A stretch of DNA of 64,000 nt from an uncultured delta proteobacterium. GTDB taxonomy: Bacteria > Desulfobacterota > Binatia > UBA9968. The notes beneath the pieces are model-generated. The model made no database searches. It was given only the letters and a program-made list of their open reading frames with translations, and had not been told where the DNA came from. The stretch spans positions 32,001 through 96,000 of the forward strand of contig CAWDPO010000002.1 of assembly GCA_963804165.1 (NCBI GenBank), in the 5' to 3' direction. The number at the start of each line of letters is the position of its first letter. The stretch's first letter is position 1. The translations under genes were made by a program, and so were the position numbers. This document shows positions 26,159 to 36,711 of this stretch, in pieces.

Positions 26159-26901
26159 TTACTTGAAGAAGTGACGCTCGGCGATATTGAGAAACTCATG
26201 CGAGAAATTATCCATCTCGACCGCAAGATACTTGATTTGTTGAACAAAATAGTTATAGGCCATCAATGCTGGAATCGCTGCCGCCAATCCGACTGCAGTC
26301 GCGATCAACGCCTCGGCGATACCCGGGGCCACCGCTTGAATGCTCGACGAATGGGTGACACTCAGTCCCCGAAAGGCATTCATGATCCCCCAAACAGTGC
26401 CGAATAAGCCGACGAAGGGCGCCGAACTCGCGGTGGTGGCAAGAAATGAACAATTTTTTTCCAACTTGGTCGTCTCCACACTGGTCGCTCGCTTCATGGC
26501 GCGCGAAACATTTTCGACACCGCCCAATTCCGTGGTCAAGATTATCGCCGGGCGAAGATTCCTTTTTTGAACGAGAAACTCGCACCAATTCTTCGTATCC
26601 CGAACGAAACACTTGACCCACCGGACTGGCCGTGAGCTCGCGGCTGGCATCGTGAATCGATGAAAGATTGCGCCGCTCCCAAAAGATTTCGATGAATCTT
26701 TCGGATTCGCGTTTGGCTCGCCGGATTTGCCGGAACTTCTGAGCGATGATTCCCCAGCTCACCACAGAAAACAAAACCAACAGATAAAGGATCGCTTGAA
26801 CAACCAGTCCGGATCCGCGAACGAGATCCAGAATGCTGTGCTGTTGCGGCGTAGCGAAGACTGTCTTGCACCAACAATTGAAGAGACCAGAGAGAAGACA
26901 T
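26159..26901 (-). CDS. tolQ: TolQ (frameshifted)
   Basis: [27 protein letters not shown]. Confidence 0.9.
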
Positions 26902-27008
26902 CAGTGTTATCGGTGGAGTTGTTTGAAAAAGTATTACAAGCCTTGTAATTAGTCAATTGAGAATGGAGAATTTTGCCGACAATAAATCGCAAGATGGAAC
27001 AAATTTTC

Positions 27009-28198
27009 ATGATTCGAAAACTCGATCGATTTGGAGCTTCGTGACAAGAGCTGTTTTTCTGCGCGTTGATTTCAACGTGCCGATCGACAAGGGCAAAATA
27101 ACCGAGCCCCATCGCATCGACAGCGCGTTGCCGACCATCCAGCCTCATCTTGGACAAGGCTAAGAAGGTTGTGATCGCTTCTCACTTGGGTCGCCCGGAT
27201 GGCAAGTCGTCTCGAAGTATAGCCTCGCGTCCGGTGCGAGAGCATTTAGCAGAGCGTACTTGAATCAGCCGGTCGATGCTGGCGCCTGATTGCATCGGCG
27301 CCGAAGTGGAGCGCATGGTTCGCGACGAGATCAACATCGAATCGTCTTGCTCGAAAATCTACGCTTCCATAAAGAAGAAGAAAAAAACGACCCGGCATTT
27401 TCTCAGGCGCTTGGCCTCTCTGGCGATGTTTATGTCAATGATGCCTTCGGCGCCGCACATCGAGCCCACGCGTCGATCGCCGGAATGGCCGCGTTTTTTA
27501 CGAACAAGGCGACCGGGCCTGCTGATGCAAAAGGAACTGGATTACTTCTCGCCAATTCTCTCTGATCCCGAAAAACCGTTCGTGACCATTTTGGGCGGCG
27601 CCAAAGTTTCCGACAAGATCGGCGTAATCAAAAACTTGCTGCCGAAAGTCGATGCCCTGCTCATCGGCGGTGGCATGGCGTACACATTTCTCAAAGCCCA
27701 GGGCATCGAAATCGGCAAATCATTGCTTGAACAGGACAAAATAGGCGTTGCTGCAGATATCTTAAAGGAAGCGGCCGTTCGCGGCGTGAAGTTCTTCTGC
27801 CGATTGATCACGTCACCGGCGACACGAGAAAAGAAACAACCCAGCACCTGCGACAAGTCAATTCCCCCGGACCGGATGGGACTGGATATCGGTCCAAAAC
27901 GGTCGAGATATTTTCCAGAGAAATCAGCAGCAGCCAAGACTGGTGCTCTGGAACGGTCCTGTCGGTTTATTCGAAGTACCCCCCTATGATCAAGGCAGTC
28001 GCACGCTCGCGAAAATCTTGGCAGAAAACCAACCACGCTTGGTCAGCATCATTGCCGGCGGAGACACGGTCGCTGCGGTGACAGCCGCCGGCGTTGAAGA
28101 AAAAATCACTCATTTATCGACGGGTGGCGGAGCGACTCTCGAATTTCTCGAAGGCAGAGAACTCCCTGGCATTGAAGCACTTGGAGGAGCGCTCATGA
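27009..28198 (+). CDS. pgk: phosphoglycerate kinase (many frameshifts)
   Basis: [48 protein letters not shown] across frames. Confidence 0.92.
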
Positions 28199-28963
28199 GT
28201 ACCGCCACTGGTCGTGGGCAATTGGAAAATGAACGGCGACCCAACGCGAATGCCGGGAATTGGCAAGCGATATCGAGCGCCAGCTGCGCCGAAATGCGCC
28301 GCGTCGTTCAGGTCGTCGTCGCTCCCCCGTTTACGGCTCTCGCTTCGGTTTCGAAGGTAATTCAGCGCAGTAAAATTGAGCTCGCGGCGCAAAATTGCCA
28401 CTGGCAAGAAAGCGGCGCTTTCACCGGCGAAATCAGCCCTCCGATGTTAGCGGAGATCGGCTGTGAATTACGTTGTTATAGGCCACTCCGAACGACGTCA
28501 TCTTTTTCACGAAAGCGACGAAATGATCGCGAGCAAGGTCGGATCCGTGATCGCGCACGGCATGCGGGCGATCTTTTGTATCGGCGAAACACTGGCGGAA
28601 CGAGAACAGGGACTGACCTACGAAGTCATCAATCGGCAGCTGAGCATCGCGTTGAAGGGGTTAGCGAAAGATGCTATAGAAAAACTCGAAATCGCCTATG
28701 AGCCCGTGTGGGCGATCGGCACGGGGCTCAATGCGACAGCCGAACAAGTCCGCGACGTTCACATTAGAATTCGACAAATATTAGAAGCTACTTTCGGTGA
28801 ATCGACGAGCGGCCAAGTCAGGATTTTATACGGCGGCAGCGTCAAGCCGGAAAACGCGAGCATGCTAGCCCAAATCGATAAAGTGGATGGCCTTTTGGTG
28901 GGCGGAGCGAGTTTGAAGGCGGAATTATTTTTGCCGATCGTCGCCGCCTTCACAAATAGGTGA
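28195..28963 (+). CDS. tpiA: triosephosphate isomerase (frameshifted in 5' part)
   Basis: GNWKMN, GAFTGE, GHSERR, AYEPVWAIGTG, LVGGASL. Confidence 0.93.
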
Positions 28964-28969
28964 TCAATT

Positions 28970-29404
28970 ATGATTATCGCGGTAACCATCCTTCACGTGA
29001 TCGTTAGCATCGGTCTCATCCTCGTCGTCTTGCTGCAAACTGGCAAAGGCGCGGAAGTGGGAGCGGTATTTGGCGGCTCGAGTTCGACCATTTTCGGAAG
29101 CAGCGGGGCCGGTAACTTTTTAACCCGGTTAACGACCGGCATGGCGATTGTATTTATGATGACTTCGTTGACACTTGGCTATTTTGCCGGGAAAAAACCG
29201 ACGTCGACGATTTTCGACAGTCGAACACCGGCGGCGGCACCGGCTCTTCCGGCGCAGCCGTCGGCGCCAGCAGAGCGGCAAGAAAGTCCGGCCGGTAGCG
29301 GTAGCGGTGATACGAGCACTCCGAGTCGCACCCGAAAGTACCAAGACAAAGACTCCGTAAATTTCGATTTCATGCGAGGGTGGCGGAATCGGCAGACGCG
29401 CTAG
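28970..29404 (+). CDS. secG: preprotein translocase subunit SecG
   Basis: VLLQTGKGA..GAVFGG, follows tpiA; the 3' end overlaps the tRNA so the true stop is probably earlier. Confidence 0.9.
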   Translation: MIIAVTILHVIVSIGLILVVLLQTGKGAEVGAVFGGSSSTIFGSSGAGNFLTRLTTGMAIVFMMTSLTLGYFAGKKPTSTIFDSRTPAAAPALPAQPSAPAERQESPAGSGSGDTSTPSRTRKYQDKDSVNFDFMRGWRNRQTR

Positions 29405-29460
29405 TTTGAGGGGCTAGTGCCGGAAACGGCGTGCGGGTTCAAATCCCGCTCCTCGCACCA
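29374..29460 (+). tRNA. tRNA-Leu (anticodon GAG)
   Basis: Acceptor GCGAGGG/TCCTCGC, anticodon arm CTAGT-TTGAGGG-GCTAG, long variable arm, GGTTCAAATCC, encoded CCA. Confidence 0.97.
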
Positions 29461-29627
29461 AACCATCGACAGCTTTCTCAGCAGCTCTTTCATTGGATTG
29501 GGACTGCTCCACTTTGCGCACGCTAACTAAAAGTTCAGCGTGCACAAAATTGGCGCTATGTCCAATCTTGTTGCCGCACCCCTAGCCGATTAGTCTACGA
29601 ACCTAGCCGGTCAAGTTTGCTGAAATA

Positions 29628-29640
29628 TATCAAGGCCTTG
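29628..29640 (+). promoter_or_regulatory. IHF-type binding site
   Basis: TATCAAGGCCTTG matches WATCAANNNNTTR. Confidence 0.5.
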
Positions 29641-29815
29641 GAATGCACAAGATTAGATCGCCGCAATTCCAAAGAGCAAAATGGCATGTGCACCATTCCA
29701 TATTTGTCGCTCAGAGTTCGGAAGTGTCGATTTTTGTCCTAAAACAAAGTTTTTTTGCCGCCCTAAGCTGCTATAAATTATTGAAAAGTCAGCACCTTAT
29801 GCAACGTCGACTAAA

Positions 29816-29831
29816 TGGCATATAGCTTGCT
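29816..29831 (+). promoter_or_regulatory. sigma54 (-24/-12) promoter
   Basis: TGGCATATAGCTTGCT = GG-N10-GC, 31 nt before ATG 29863. Confidence 0.7.
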
Positions 29832-29862
29832 CTATTTTGGCTTTTCTAGGAGTAGAAGAACT

Positions 29863-30066
29863 ATGAAAAAACCTGACACTTCCATAAAGCTTTTAACTCT
29901 CGCGGAAGCCGCAAGCATACTTAAAATTTCTAAAAGAACTTTGCACCGGATGATCCAGAATCGTCAAATCCCTGCGTTTAAAGTTGGGGGGCAATGGCGC
30001 ATTCTTGAAAGCCGCTTCCAGGAGTGGGTACAAGAAGAGGAAAATACCACCCCGAAAGCAGGCTAG
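29863..30066 (+). CDS. excisionase-like HTH_17 DNA-binding protein
   Basis: LLTLAEAASILKISKRTLHRMI...IPAFKVGGQWRI; AGGAG RBS before ATG 29863. Confidence 0.9.
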   Translation: MKKPDTSIKLLTLAEAASILKISKRTLHRMIQNRQIPAFKVGGQWRILESRFQEWVQEEENTTPKAG

Positions 30067-30368
30067 GTATTTTTTCTCCGCTGCTATCCGCTTGGGGAGT
30101 AAATCGTACGATTCGGCAGCGAAGGGCGCTCAAGCCAAAACTGAGCCGAACGACTCCTATTTCAAAAATCTTCAGATAATTGCGCAATTGCACCTCTAGA
30201 AACCCGATCACGTCTCATTCTCTTGAGTTGCTGTTCGACGAATGGGCCCGCCAGGTAGGCGCGCTGATGCACTGAATTGGTCCACGCTGGGCATTTTTCG
30301 GCCCTCCATTTTATCCAATCGAGAAAACCTGCGCCCCGCACGATACTCGAACTAAAACCCACTCGGCG

Positions 30369-31623
30369 TTAGACACTCGGCAACTCGACTTTAAATTCGC
30401 TCCCTTGCCCCTCCGTGCTATTCACCGTCACACTACCACCCAAGAGTTCGGCAAAGGCCTTCACAATGAACAGGCCCATACCAATCCCGCTCTGCGTGCG
30501 CGTGCGCGCTGAATCGAGCTGCCAAAATTTGTCGAACACGAAGGGCAATTGCGAGCCGGAGATACCGATACCCGTATCCGTTACACTGAAGACCATGCGA
30601 CGATGTTCGGCATTATGTCGCGCTGCGACACGGATCTCACCCGCATCGGTAAACTTAAGCGCGTTTTGAATCAAGTTCATTAAAATAATTTTGAGTTTTC
30701 CGGGGTCGCACAGTACTACCGGCAAGGGCGCCGGAAAGTCCCACACCAAGGTCGCGGTTGACTTCACAACCGTCCCTTCGCAATTCTGTTTCAATTCATC
30801 GAGAAACTCCGAAAGAACGAGTTCCTCCTTTCGAACAGATACCGCCCCCGTTTCTACGCTCGCTGATTCCAATATAACATCGACAATGTTTGCCAAGTTC
30901 TCGCTCTGCCGCAATACTTTCTCCAGCGCCTCTTCTTGGTCTCGATTGATCTCGCCGAGCGCTGAACTTTTCAAAGCTTGCGTGTAGCTCGTGATCACGG
31001 TCAGCGGTGTTCTCAGTTCATGCGAAAGAATGTTGAGCAGCTCGGTTTTGGCTTGCCTTCTGTGTTCGGCCCGTTCGGTTAAAATTCGCTGGGCTCTCAC
31101 AAGTTGAGAGAAATGACCGTAGAAAAGCCCCACGACGAGCAGGAATACCAGCTGCAGGTATTGAGAGGGATGGTAATTCATGTTGTCAAAAAAAGCCCGC
31201 GTACGCAAAAGGAGCCGCCAACGAAATGGTAGCGATCATCCGCGGATTTTCAAAGATCGAGCAGATGATAATAAGCAAGAAATAGGCAAGATAAAAATTA
31301 CTCTCGACCTGACCGTTGATCATTAAAGAGGCGGTCAAAACGAGCGTATCCAATCCTATAAGCAAGACATTGAACTTGACGTCACGAAACTCCGACTCAC
31401 TCGCAAAATACAATCCGATGTTCGAAAAAGCATACAAAGCGGCCATCGCGTCCAGGAGCGCCGTCTGTGGCGCCTCGTTGTTTCGAAACAAAATCAATGA
31501 GCAACTTATCAGCACGACCGGCCACCGAATCAAAATCACGGTGGATTTGGTGGGCAAATACGTCGCCCGATGTGCCGACCCTGCGCTAGCGGGCAGCGCG
31601 TCTCTTTGTGGATCATATTGCAT
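30369..31623 (-). CDS. membrane sensor histidine kinase, split by a frameshift at an A7 run (31188-31194)
   Basis: SHELRTPL, NLIQNALKFT, DTGIG, GIGMGL in 30369..31208; multi-TM sensor in 31186..31623; one base fewer fuses them. Confidence 0.85.
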
Positions 31624-31747
31624 GGATATGCCTTAAGTCTTTTACGTTCAGGCGACACGACAAACGGTTCACCACACCGTTGCCGTCGGGCTGATCGTTT
31701 TCATTTCTAGAATAAATCCCGATCCAGAAGCGAATTATCAGGACCAT

Positions 31748-33229
31748 TTAGCGAGTGTTTCTTGTCTCCGGTTTGCCGAAGCCATAGGATTCCCAATTCT
31801 TTAGCACGCGCTCCTGCAGATCGGCGGGCCAGAGATTTTCGAAACTCGCTTTTTCGGGGATACTTTCGCGCGGCCAATCTTTTGGCCAAGTACAGTCGAA
31901 AATTACGCCGCCTGCGTCGCCGATCAACCGCTCCTTCGGCGCCAGAAACGGCAAGAGCACCGGGAAACCGGGAATATGCGGCACGTGGTGGATACCATTG
32001 ACCGGATGACACTTGGTCGTCATCGCGTGCAGCACCTCATCCATATTCGTCGGATCGACATCGGACTCGACGATAACCATGTAATAGACAAACAGCCCTG
32101 GTTTAGTCGCCCACACGGCATGCGCGACTCGGCGCGCAAAATTGACGAATGGCACCTCGGTCGACACCACGCACATGTGGCCGACGCCGAACGGCGGGCA
32201 GAACACTCCCTTAACCGGCAAACCAAGTTTTTTGAGTTCGGCGTAGATTTCAGCTCCCTTGATCAGAGCAGTTGCGGTTTGCCCCTCGTGGATCGGCATG
32301 CCCATATTGGAGAAGGGTAGGATCGGATTGTTGCGATAGGTGATCGCTTTAATCTTCAAAATCGGCTTGGGCGACGACTTTCCGGCCTCGTAGCCCATGT
32401 ATTCGCCGAACGGCCCTTCGACTTTGCGTTCATGCGGCAGCACCTCCCCTTCGATGACGATTTCAGCACACGCCGGAACTTCAAGGTCCAAGGTCTCACA
32501 CTTGACTAAGGGGATCGGCGAACCTTGAAGTGCACCTGCGACATCAACTTCATTTACATACGGCGGCAACATCACACAACTGACCAGCGGAATGACGGGC
32601 TGCCCGCCGATCGCCACGGCAACGGGCATGGGTTTATTCATCGCTTCATATCTTTGGTACATTTGGCCGATATGCTGCTGCATTGGGAATAAGCAGCCCA
32701 GCGTGTTTCGGTCGTGAACCATCAAACGATACATGCCCCAGTTAACCCATGAGCTATCGGGATCTTTGGTGACTACGGTATGCCAGGTTCCAATATAACG
32801 GCCGCCGTCCCCTCCATGGATCAGCGGGATCGGAAATTTCAGCACATCCACGGCATCGCCCAAATCGATATTCTCTTTGCACGGTCCGGTCTTAACCACC
32901 ACAGGAGGGATCAGTTTTTCCTTGCGTTTCAAATAGGTCGACATGATGTCCTTTGCAGACGACGCTGGCGACATGTGCATTGCGAGAGCGGTTCGCGCAA
33001 ATAAACCGTGGCCGGGAAATTTACTAGCTCCAAGTGGAGCGCCCAGCGCACGAAAGCCACTGGCGTAGCCCTTGACGTTTTCAAACAACGCAGCCGGAGC
33101 TCCAAGGTCATAAACGCGCCGTGTTATGGCGCCCATCTCTAGATTCCAGTCGACCTGGGCTTCAATCCGTTGGACCTCATGGTACTCTTCGAGCACATCG
33201 AGGAAATCCCTCAGATCGTCGATTTGCAT
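31748..33229 (-). CDS. UbiD-family prFMN-dependent (de)carboxylase, PpcA/Fdc-like
   Basis: DGGRYIGTW, NWGMYR, EGPFGE, FDCTWP. Confidence 0.92.
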   Translation of the reverse strand: MQIDDLRDFLDVLEEYHEVQRIEAQVDWNLEMGAITRRVYDLGAPAALFENVKGYASGFRALGAPLGASKFPGHGLFARTALAMHMSPASSAKDIMSTYLKRKEKLIPPVVVKTGPCKENIDLGDAVDVLKFPIPLIHGGDGGRYIGTWHTVVTKDPDSSWVNWGMYRLMVHDRNTLGCLFPMQQHIGQMYQRYEAMNKPMPVAVAIGGQPVIPLVSCVMLPPYVNEVDVAGALQGSPIPLVKCETLDLEVPACAEIVIEGEVLPHERKVEGPFGEYMGYEAGKSSPKPILKIKAITYRNNPILPFSNMGMPIHEGQTATALIKGAEIYAELKKLGLPVKGVFCPPFGVGHMCVVSTEVPFVNFARRVAHAVWATKPGLFVYYMVIVESDVDPTNMDEVLHAMTTKCHPVNGIHHVPHIPGFPVLLPFLAPKERLIGDAGGVIFDCTWPKDWPRESIPEKASFENLWPADLQERVLKNWESYGFGKPETRNTR

Positions 33230-33439
33230 GGTAACTCCTTGTTTTACCGGGATTAAAATCTGGACTAGAGCTTTTGAAACTTAGCTCTGATCGTTTACAA
33301 TTTAACGAATTTATACCAACTAAGTGCCTGAAGGCAAAACAATTACGGAATTTTGGCGCAAGACCGGACGGGTGAAAAGATGTGGACAAGTTTTAAATAG
33401 TGATTTATATTCAGAGATTATAAAGAAAGGGGGAAACCC

Positions 33440-33856
33440 ATGGCAGAAACTAACAGACCAACAGGCTTGCCGGCAGATCTCGGCGCTTATCTCGGACCCG
33501 GCACAAAAATCAACGGCAAATTACACTTCGACGGCCAGGCGACCATCGATGGCGAAGTTGAAGGTGAGATTGTCGCGCAAGCTCATGTGACGGTGGGACA
33601 GCAGGCAACCGTGAAAGGAAAAATTTCCGCTGCTTCGATCTTGGTTCAGGGCAAAGTGATGGCGGATGTTCACGCCGACAAGAAACTTGAGGTTCAACCC
33701 CCGGGTTCGGTCGTCGGCGACGTCACCACACAAAGCCTCGTGATCGGTGATGGTGCGATCCTTGAGGGTCATGTGTCGATGAAGAAGAGCGAAGGACGCG
33801 TATTGCCTATCCGTCAAGATATCAAACAAGAGATCAAAAAAGAAATTGCGTCCTGA
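33440..33856 (+). CDS. bactofilin (polymer-forming cytoskeletal protein)
   Basis: LGPGTKINGKL..IDGEVEGEI...GAILEG beta-helix pattern. Confidence 0.9.
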   Translation: MAETNRPTGLPADLGAYLGPGTKINGKLHFDGQATIDGEVEGEIVAQAHVTVGQQATVKGKISAASILVQGKVMADVHADKKLEVQPPGSVVGDVTTQSLVIGDGAILEGHVSMKKSEGRVLPIRQDIKQEIKKEIAS

Positions 33857-33861
33857 GCGTC

Positions 33862-35628
33862 TCAGTCGACGAATAAGGGAACAATCCTTCGCTTCTTGAC
33901 GTCGATCAAGCCGCGCGCTGTAATCCGCAGTGCGGGCAAAGTTACGAACGGTAAAAAACTCAATGCGAAAATGGGCTTGTCGAAAGACGAGCCCATTTTT
34001 TTTAGCCGCTGTTGGATGCTTCTGAGATTGCGTCCGACCTCCTGCCACGGCAGTAATGAGAAAACTCCGCCGCATGGAAAATCGATCTGTTCCAAGACCG
34101 TGCCATCATTGACGACAGCCATGCCGCCACCAGCTCGAATCAGCGTGTCGGCGCAACGCGCCATATCATCGTCATCACTGCCGACAATCATGAGCGTATT
34201 TTCATCCAAATTCGTCGTCAAACCGACTGCCCCCACTTTGGCGCCGAATCCCTTGAGAAAGCCAAACGCGACTTTCGCCGATCCGTGGTGCCGATCAAAC
34301 ATCGCTACTTTGAGCACATCGTCGTCGAGATTTGTTTCGATCGAACCGGAGGCGCCGTTGAATTCCATTATTTTCTCGGCGGTGATGGTCTGGTTCACCA
34401 GTTCCATCACGCGAACTTTCGCGGTAGCGGAAGGAGCCACGATGCGAAAAGTTTCGGCAGAAATCGGTAGGCGAATCCGCAGCGAGTGCATCATTTCATC
34501 CGGCAACGTTATTGCGCCGCTTTCTACCTCCGATACGCCGTTTTGCGCCACGATTTTGCCACCAACTAGTACCTCTCGCACGTGACAGCGGTCGAGATCG
34601 TCAAGAAGCGCAACATCCGCGCAGCGACCGGGAGCAATGCCGCCGATTTCCTGCTCCAGGCCGGAATACGTAGCCGGATTTATCGTCACGGCTTGAATTG
34701 CCTGCAGCGGCGTAAGCCCCAAAGAAATAGCGCGTCGCACGACGTGATCCATGTGCCCGCGCTCTTCGACATCATCCGGAGACATGCTGTCAGTGACTAG
34801 GATTAAACGTTGAAGGGTCACGCCCGTCGAGATCAGCGGCGGCAGCGTCGATGCCAAGTCTTGTCGCAACGAGCCCTCGCGCAACATCGTCCAGTAACCG
34901 AGCCGCAAACGCTCCAACGCATCCTCGAAACGGATCGGCTCGTGACAAGACGACACTCCAGCCGCCGCGACTGCGCACAGCTTTTGATCCCGCGCGCCGG
35001 CGGTGTGGCCGTGAACGATTTGTCCGTTCCGGTGCGCCAACGCCAACCGATCGAGAATCTCTTCATCGCACTGGGTGAGCCGCAACCACGACACGATCTC
35101 CCCCATTCCCAGCACCCTCGGATGGCCAAGCGCATCGGCAATTTCAGCATCGGTAAACGTCGCACAATCGCACAAGAGCGGATCCTGGGGCGCGGCCATT
35201 GAAACTAGAGTGTAAACACGCAGCGGATGCCGCTCGACTTCGTCCAGGAATAACTTGAGCCCACGGTAGCCGAATACCGTCGACAGTTCGTCGCAGGAGG
35301 CAACGACTGCCGTCGTTCCGTGCGGTAGGAATGACTGGAGGTTTTCAAACGGACGAGCATAGTGGCCGATATGTGTGTGCCCATCGATGAAGCCCGGAGA
35401 AATGAAGCATCCGGCAGCATCGAGGATTTCTGTAGCGTTGCCGCGAGTATGCTTTGCGCTCGCGCCGACGTAACAAATCCGTCCGTCGAGAATCGCGATT
35501 TCAATCCCATCCAGAACTTCTCCCGAATAGACATTGATCAATTTACCGCCGGTAATAATGAGATCGGCTTTTAGATCCCCCATCGCGCCGCGAATCAGTC
35601 TTTCGATCTCCGCTTTACCGCGAGTCAT
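33862..35628 (-). CDS. ade: adenine deaminase family protein
   Basis: PGFIDGHTHI, HGH, CHE, LREGS, TD, C-terminal adenine deaminase domain. Confidence 0.82.
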   Translation of the reverse strand: MTRGKAEIERLIRGAMGDLKADLIITGGKLINVYSGEVLDGIEIAILDGRICYVGASAKHTRGNATEILDAAGCFISPGFIDGHTHIGHYARPFENLQSFLPHGTTAVVASCDELSTVFGYRGLKLFLDEVERHPLRVYTLVSMAAPQDPLLCDCATFTDAEIADALGHPRVLGMGEIVSWLRLTQCDEEILDRLALAHRNGQIVHGHTAGARDQKLCAVAAAGVSSCHEPIRFEDALERLRLGYWTMLREGSLRQDLASTLPPLISTGVTLQRLILVTDSMSPDDVEERGHMDHVVRRAISLGLTPLQAIQAVTINPATYSGLEQEIGGIAPGRCADVALLDDLDRCHVREVLVGGKIVAQNGVSEVESGAITLPDEMMHSLRIRLPISAETFRIVAPSATAKVRVMELVNQTITAEKIMEFNGASGSIETNLDDDVLKVAMFDRHHGSAKVAFGFLKGFGAKVGAVGLTTNLDENTLMIVGSDDDDMARCADTLIRAGGGMAVVNDGTVLEQIDFPCGGVFSLLPWQEVGRNLRSIQQRLKKMGSSFDKPIFALSFLPFVTLPALRITARGLIDVKKRRIVPLFVD

Positions 35629-35782
35629 GGCCGGTATGTTACATGAAGGCCGCAGCGTTACCAGAGTTGCACCACGCGTCGCGCATGAAAAATCCGCAAC
35701 CGTCCGCCGCTAGCTCTGGAAAACTAGCAACCAGGCACTCCGACAGGTATATTGGCGGGCATAACCAACTCCGGACTCTTGG

Positions 35783-36262
35783 ATGACACGCAGAATCTTT
35801 CTTGTTTTGTCGGTAATCGTCGCTTTGACGATTTGCGATCAGGCCACCAAGTTGCTGGCGAAGCGTCACTTGACGCCGGGTGGAATGATATCCTTCGCGG
35901 CAGACACGCTGCGCCTGCAATACGCTGAAAACACCGGGGCTTTTTTAAGCCTCGGATCAACGCTCCCCGAACCGTGGCGCCACCTAGTGTTTACCGTTCT
36001 GGTCGCGCTATTCCTTCTGGCGTTGCTATTTTATATGCTCTTCGGCCGTGCACTGCCGACAAACCACGCTCTCGTTCTATCGCTGATATGCGCCGGCGGC
36101 ATGAGCAATCTTATCGACCGGATCGCCTATGACGGCCGCGTCGTCGATTTCCTCAACGTTGGGATCGGCCCCTTGCGCACAGGCATATTCAATGTCGCCG
36201 ACATGGCAATCACGGCGGGCGCAATCTTGCTAGCGCGCAATACCCTTAAGCGGGCAGAATGA
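35783..36262 (+). CDS. lspA: lipoprotein signal peptidase II
   Basis: DQATK, NTGAF, NLIDR, VVDF, FNVAD. Confidence 0.93.
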   Translation: MTRRIFLVLSVIVALTICDQATKLLAKRHLTPGGMISFAADTLRLQYAENTGAFLSLGSTLPEPWRHLVFTVLVALFLLALLFYMLFGRALPTNHALVLSLICAGGMSNLIDRIAYDGRVVDFLNVGIGPLRTGIFNVADMAITAGAILLARNTLKRAE

Positions 36263-36352
36263 ATCACGAACCAAGAGCTGGTCGAATTCTGTGAAGCAAG
36301 GTTAACGGCCCAAAACAAGCGACGTTACGTAATTACGCCGCGGAGGAGTTGA

Positions 36353-36585
36353 ATGGCATGGAGCCACTTACGCGTCGCGGCCTATTGGAAATCATTTGCG
36401 CCGTGTGCCTGAAGTAAACCGAGGGCTTTGCGAAACTTTGGCCTAGCGTGATGACGGGCGTCGGCATGACCGCGAGCGTGTATTGTTTGTCTCAAGCGCT
36501 TAAAGCTATACCGGTTGGAACGGGATGCGCTGTCTGGAAGGGAATCGGCGTCGGCATCATCGGGCTTAAGCTGACTTCAGCGTAG
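36353..36585 (+). pseudogene. degraded SugE/Gdx-type SMR transporter
   Basis: MAW...LLEII.AV.LK*TEGF..LWPS...IPVGTG.AVW.GIG|GIIGLKL; frameshift, TAA at 36415, internal deletion; GGAGGAG RBS intact. Confidence 0.8.
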
Positions 36586-36711
36586 CCTGACTTTTCCGGT
36601 GCCATCGCTGCATCTTGTTCGACGACGCCGAAGGCGGTATGAAACGGCACAGCTGTATTGGCAAGGTTACGGTAGTTCTCTGACTAGAATTCAGCCAAGG
36701 AGAAATTTGTT

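Noticed and set aside
27943-28701. Apparent PGK-TPI fusion ORF
   Set aside because: It lies in the indel-rich block and drifts in and out of the TPI frame. An ATGA overlap at 28195-28198 fits two separate genes.
29290-29404. SecG C-terminus overlapping the tRNA as a real feature
   Set aside because: More simply explained by an indel in the low-complexity tail next to the error-prone block.
29374-30066. Prophage or ICE integrated at tRNA-Leu
   Set aside because: No integrase, phage or conjugation genes, and no repeat of the tRNA 3' end was noticed in the window.
36263-36352. Guanidine riboswitch upstream of the sugE remnant
   Set aside because: No paired ACGR-loop hairpins or other recognisable ykkC motif.
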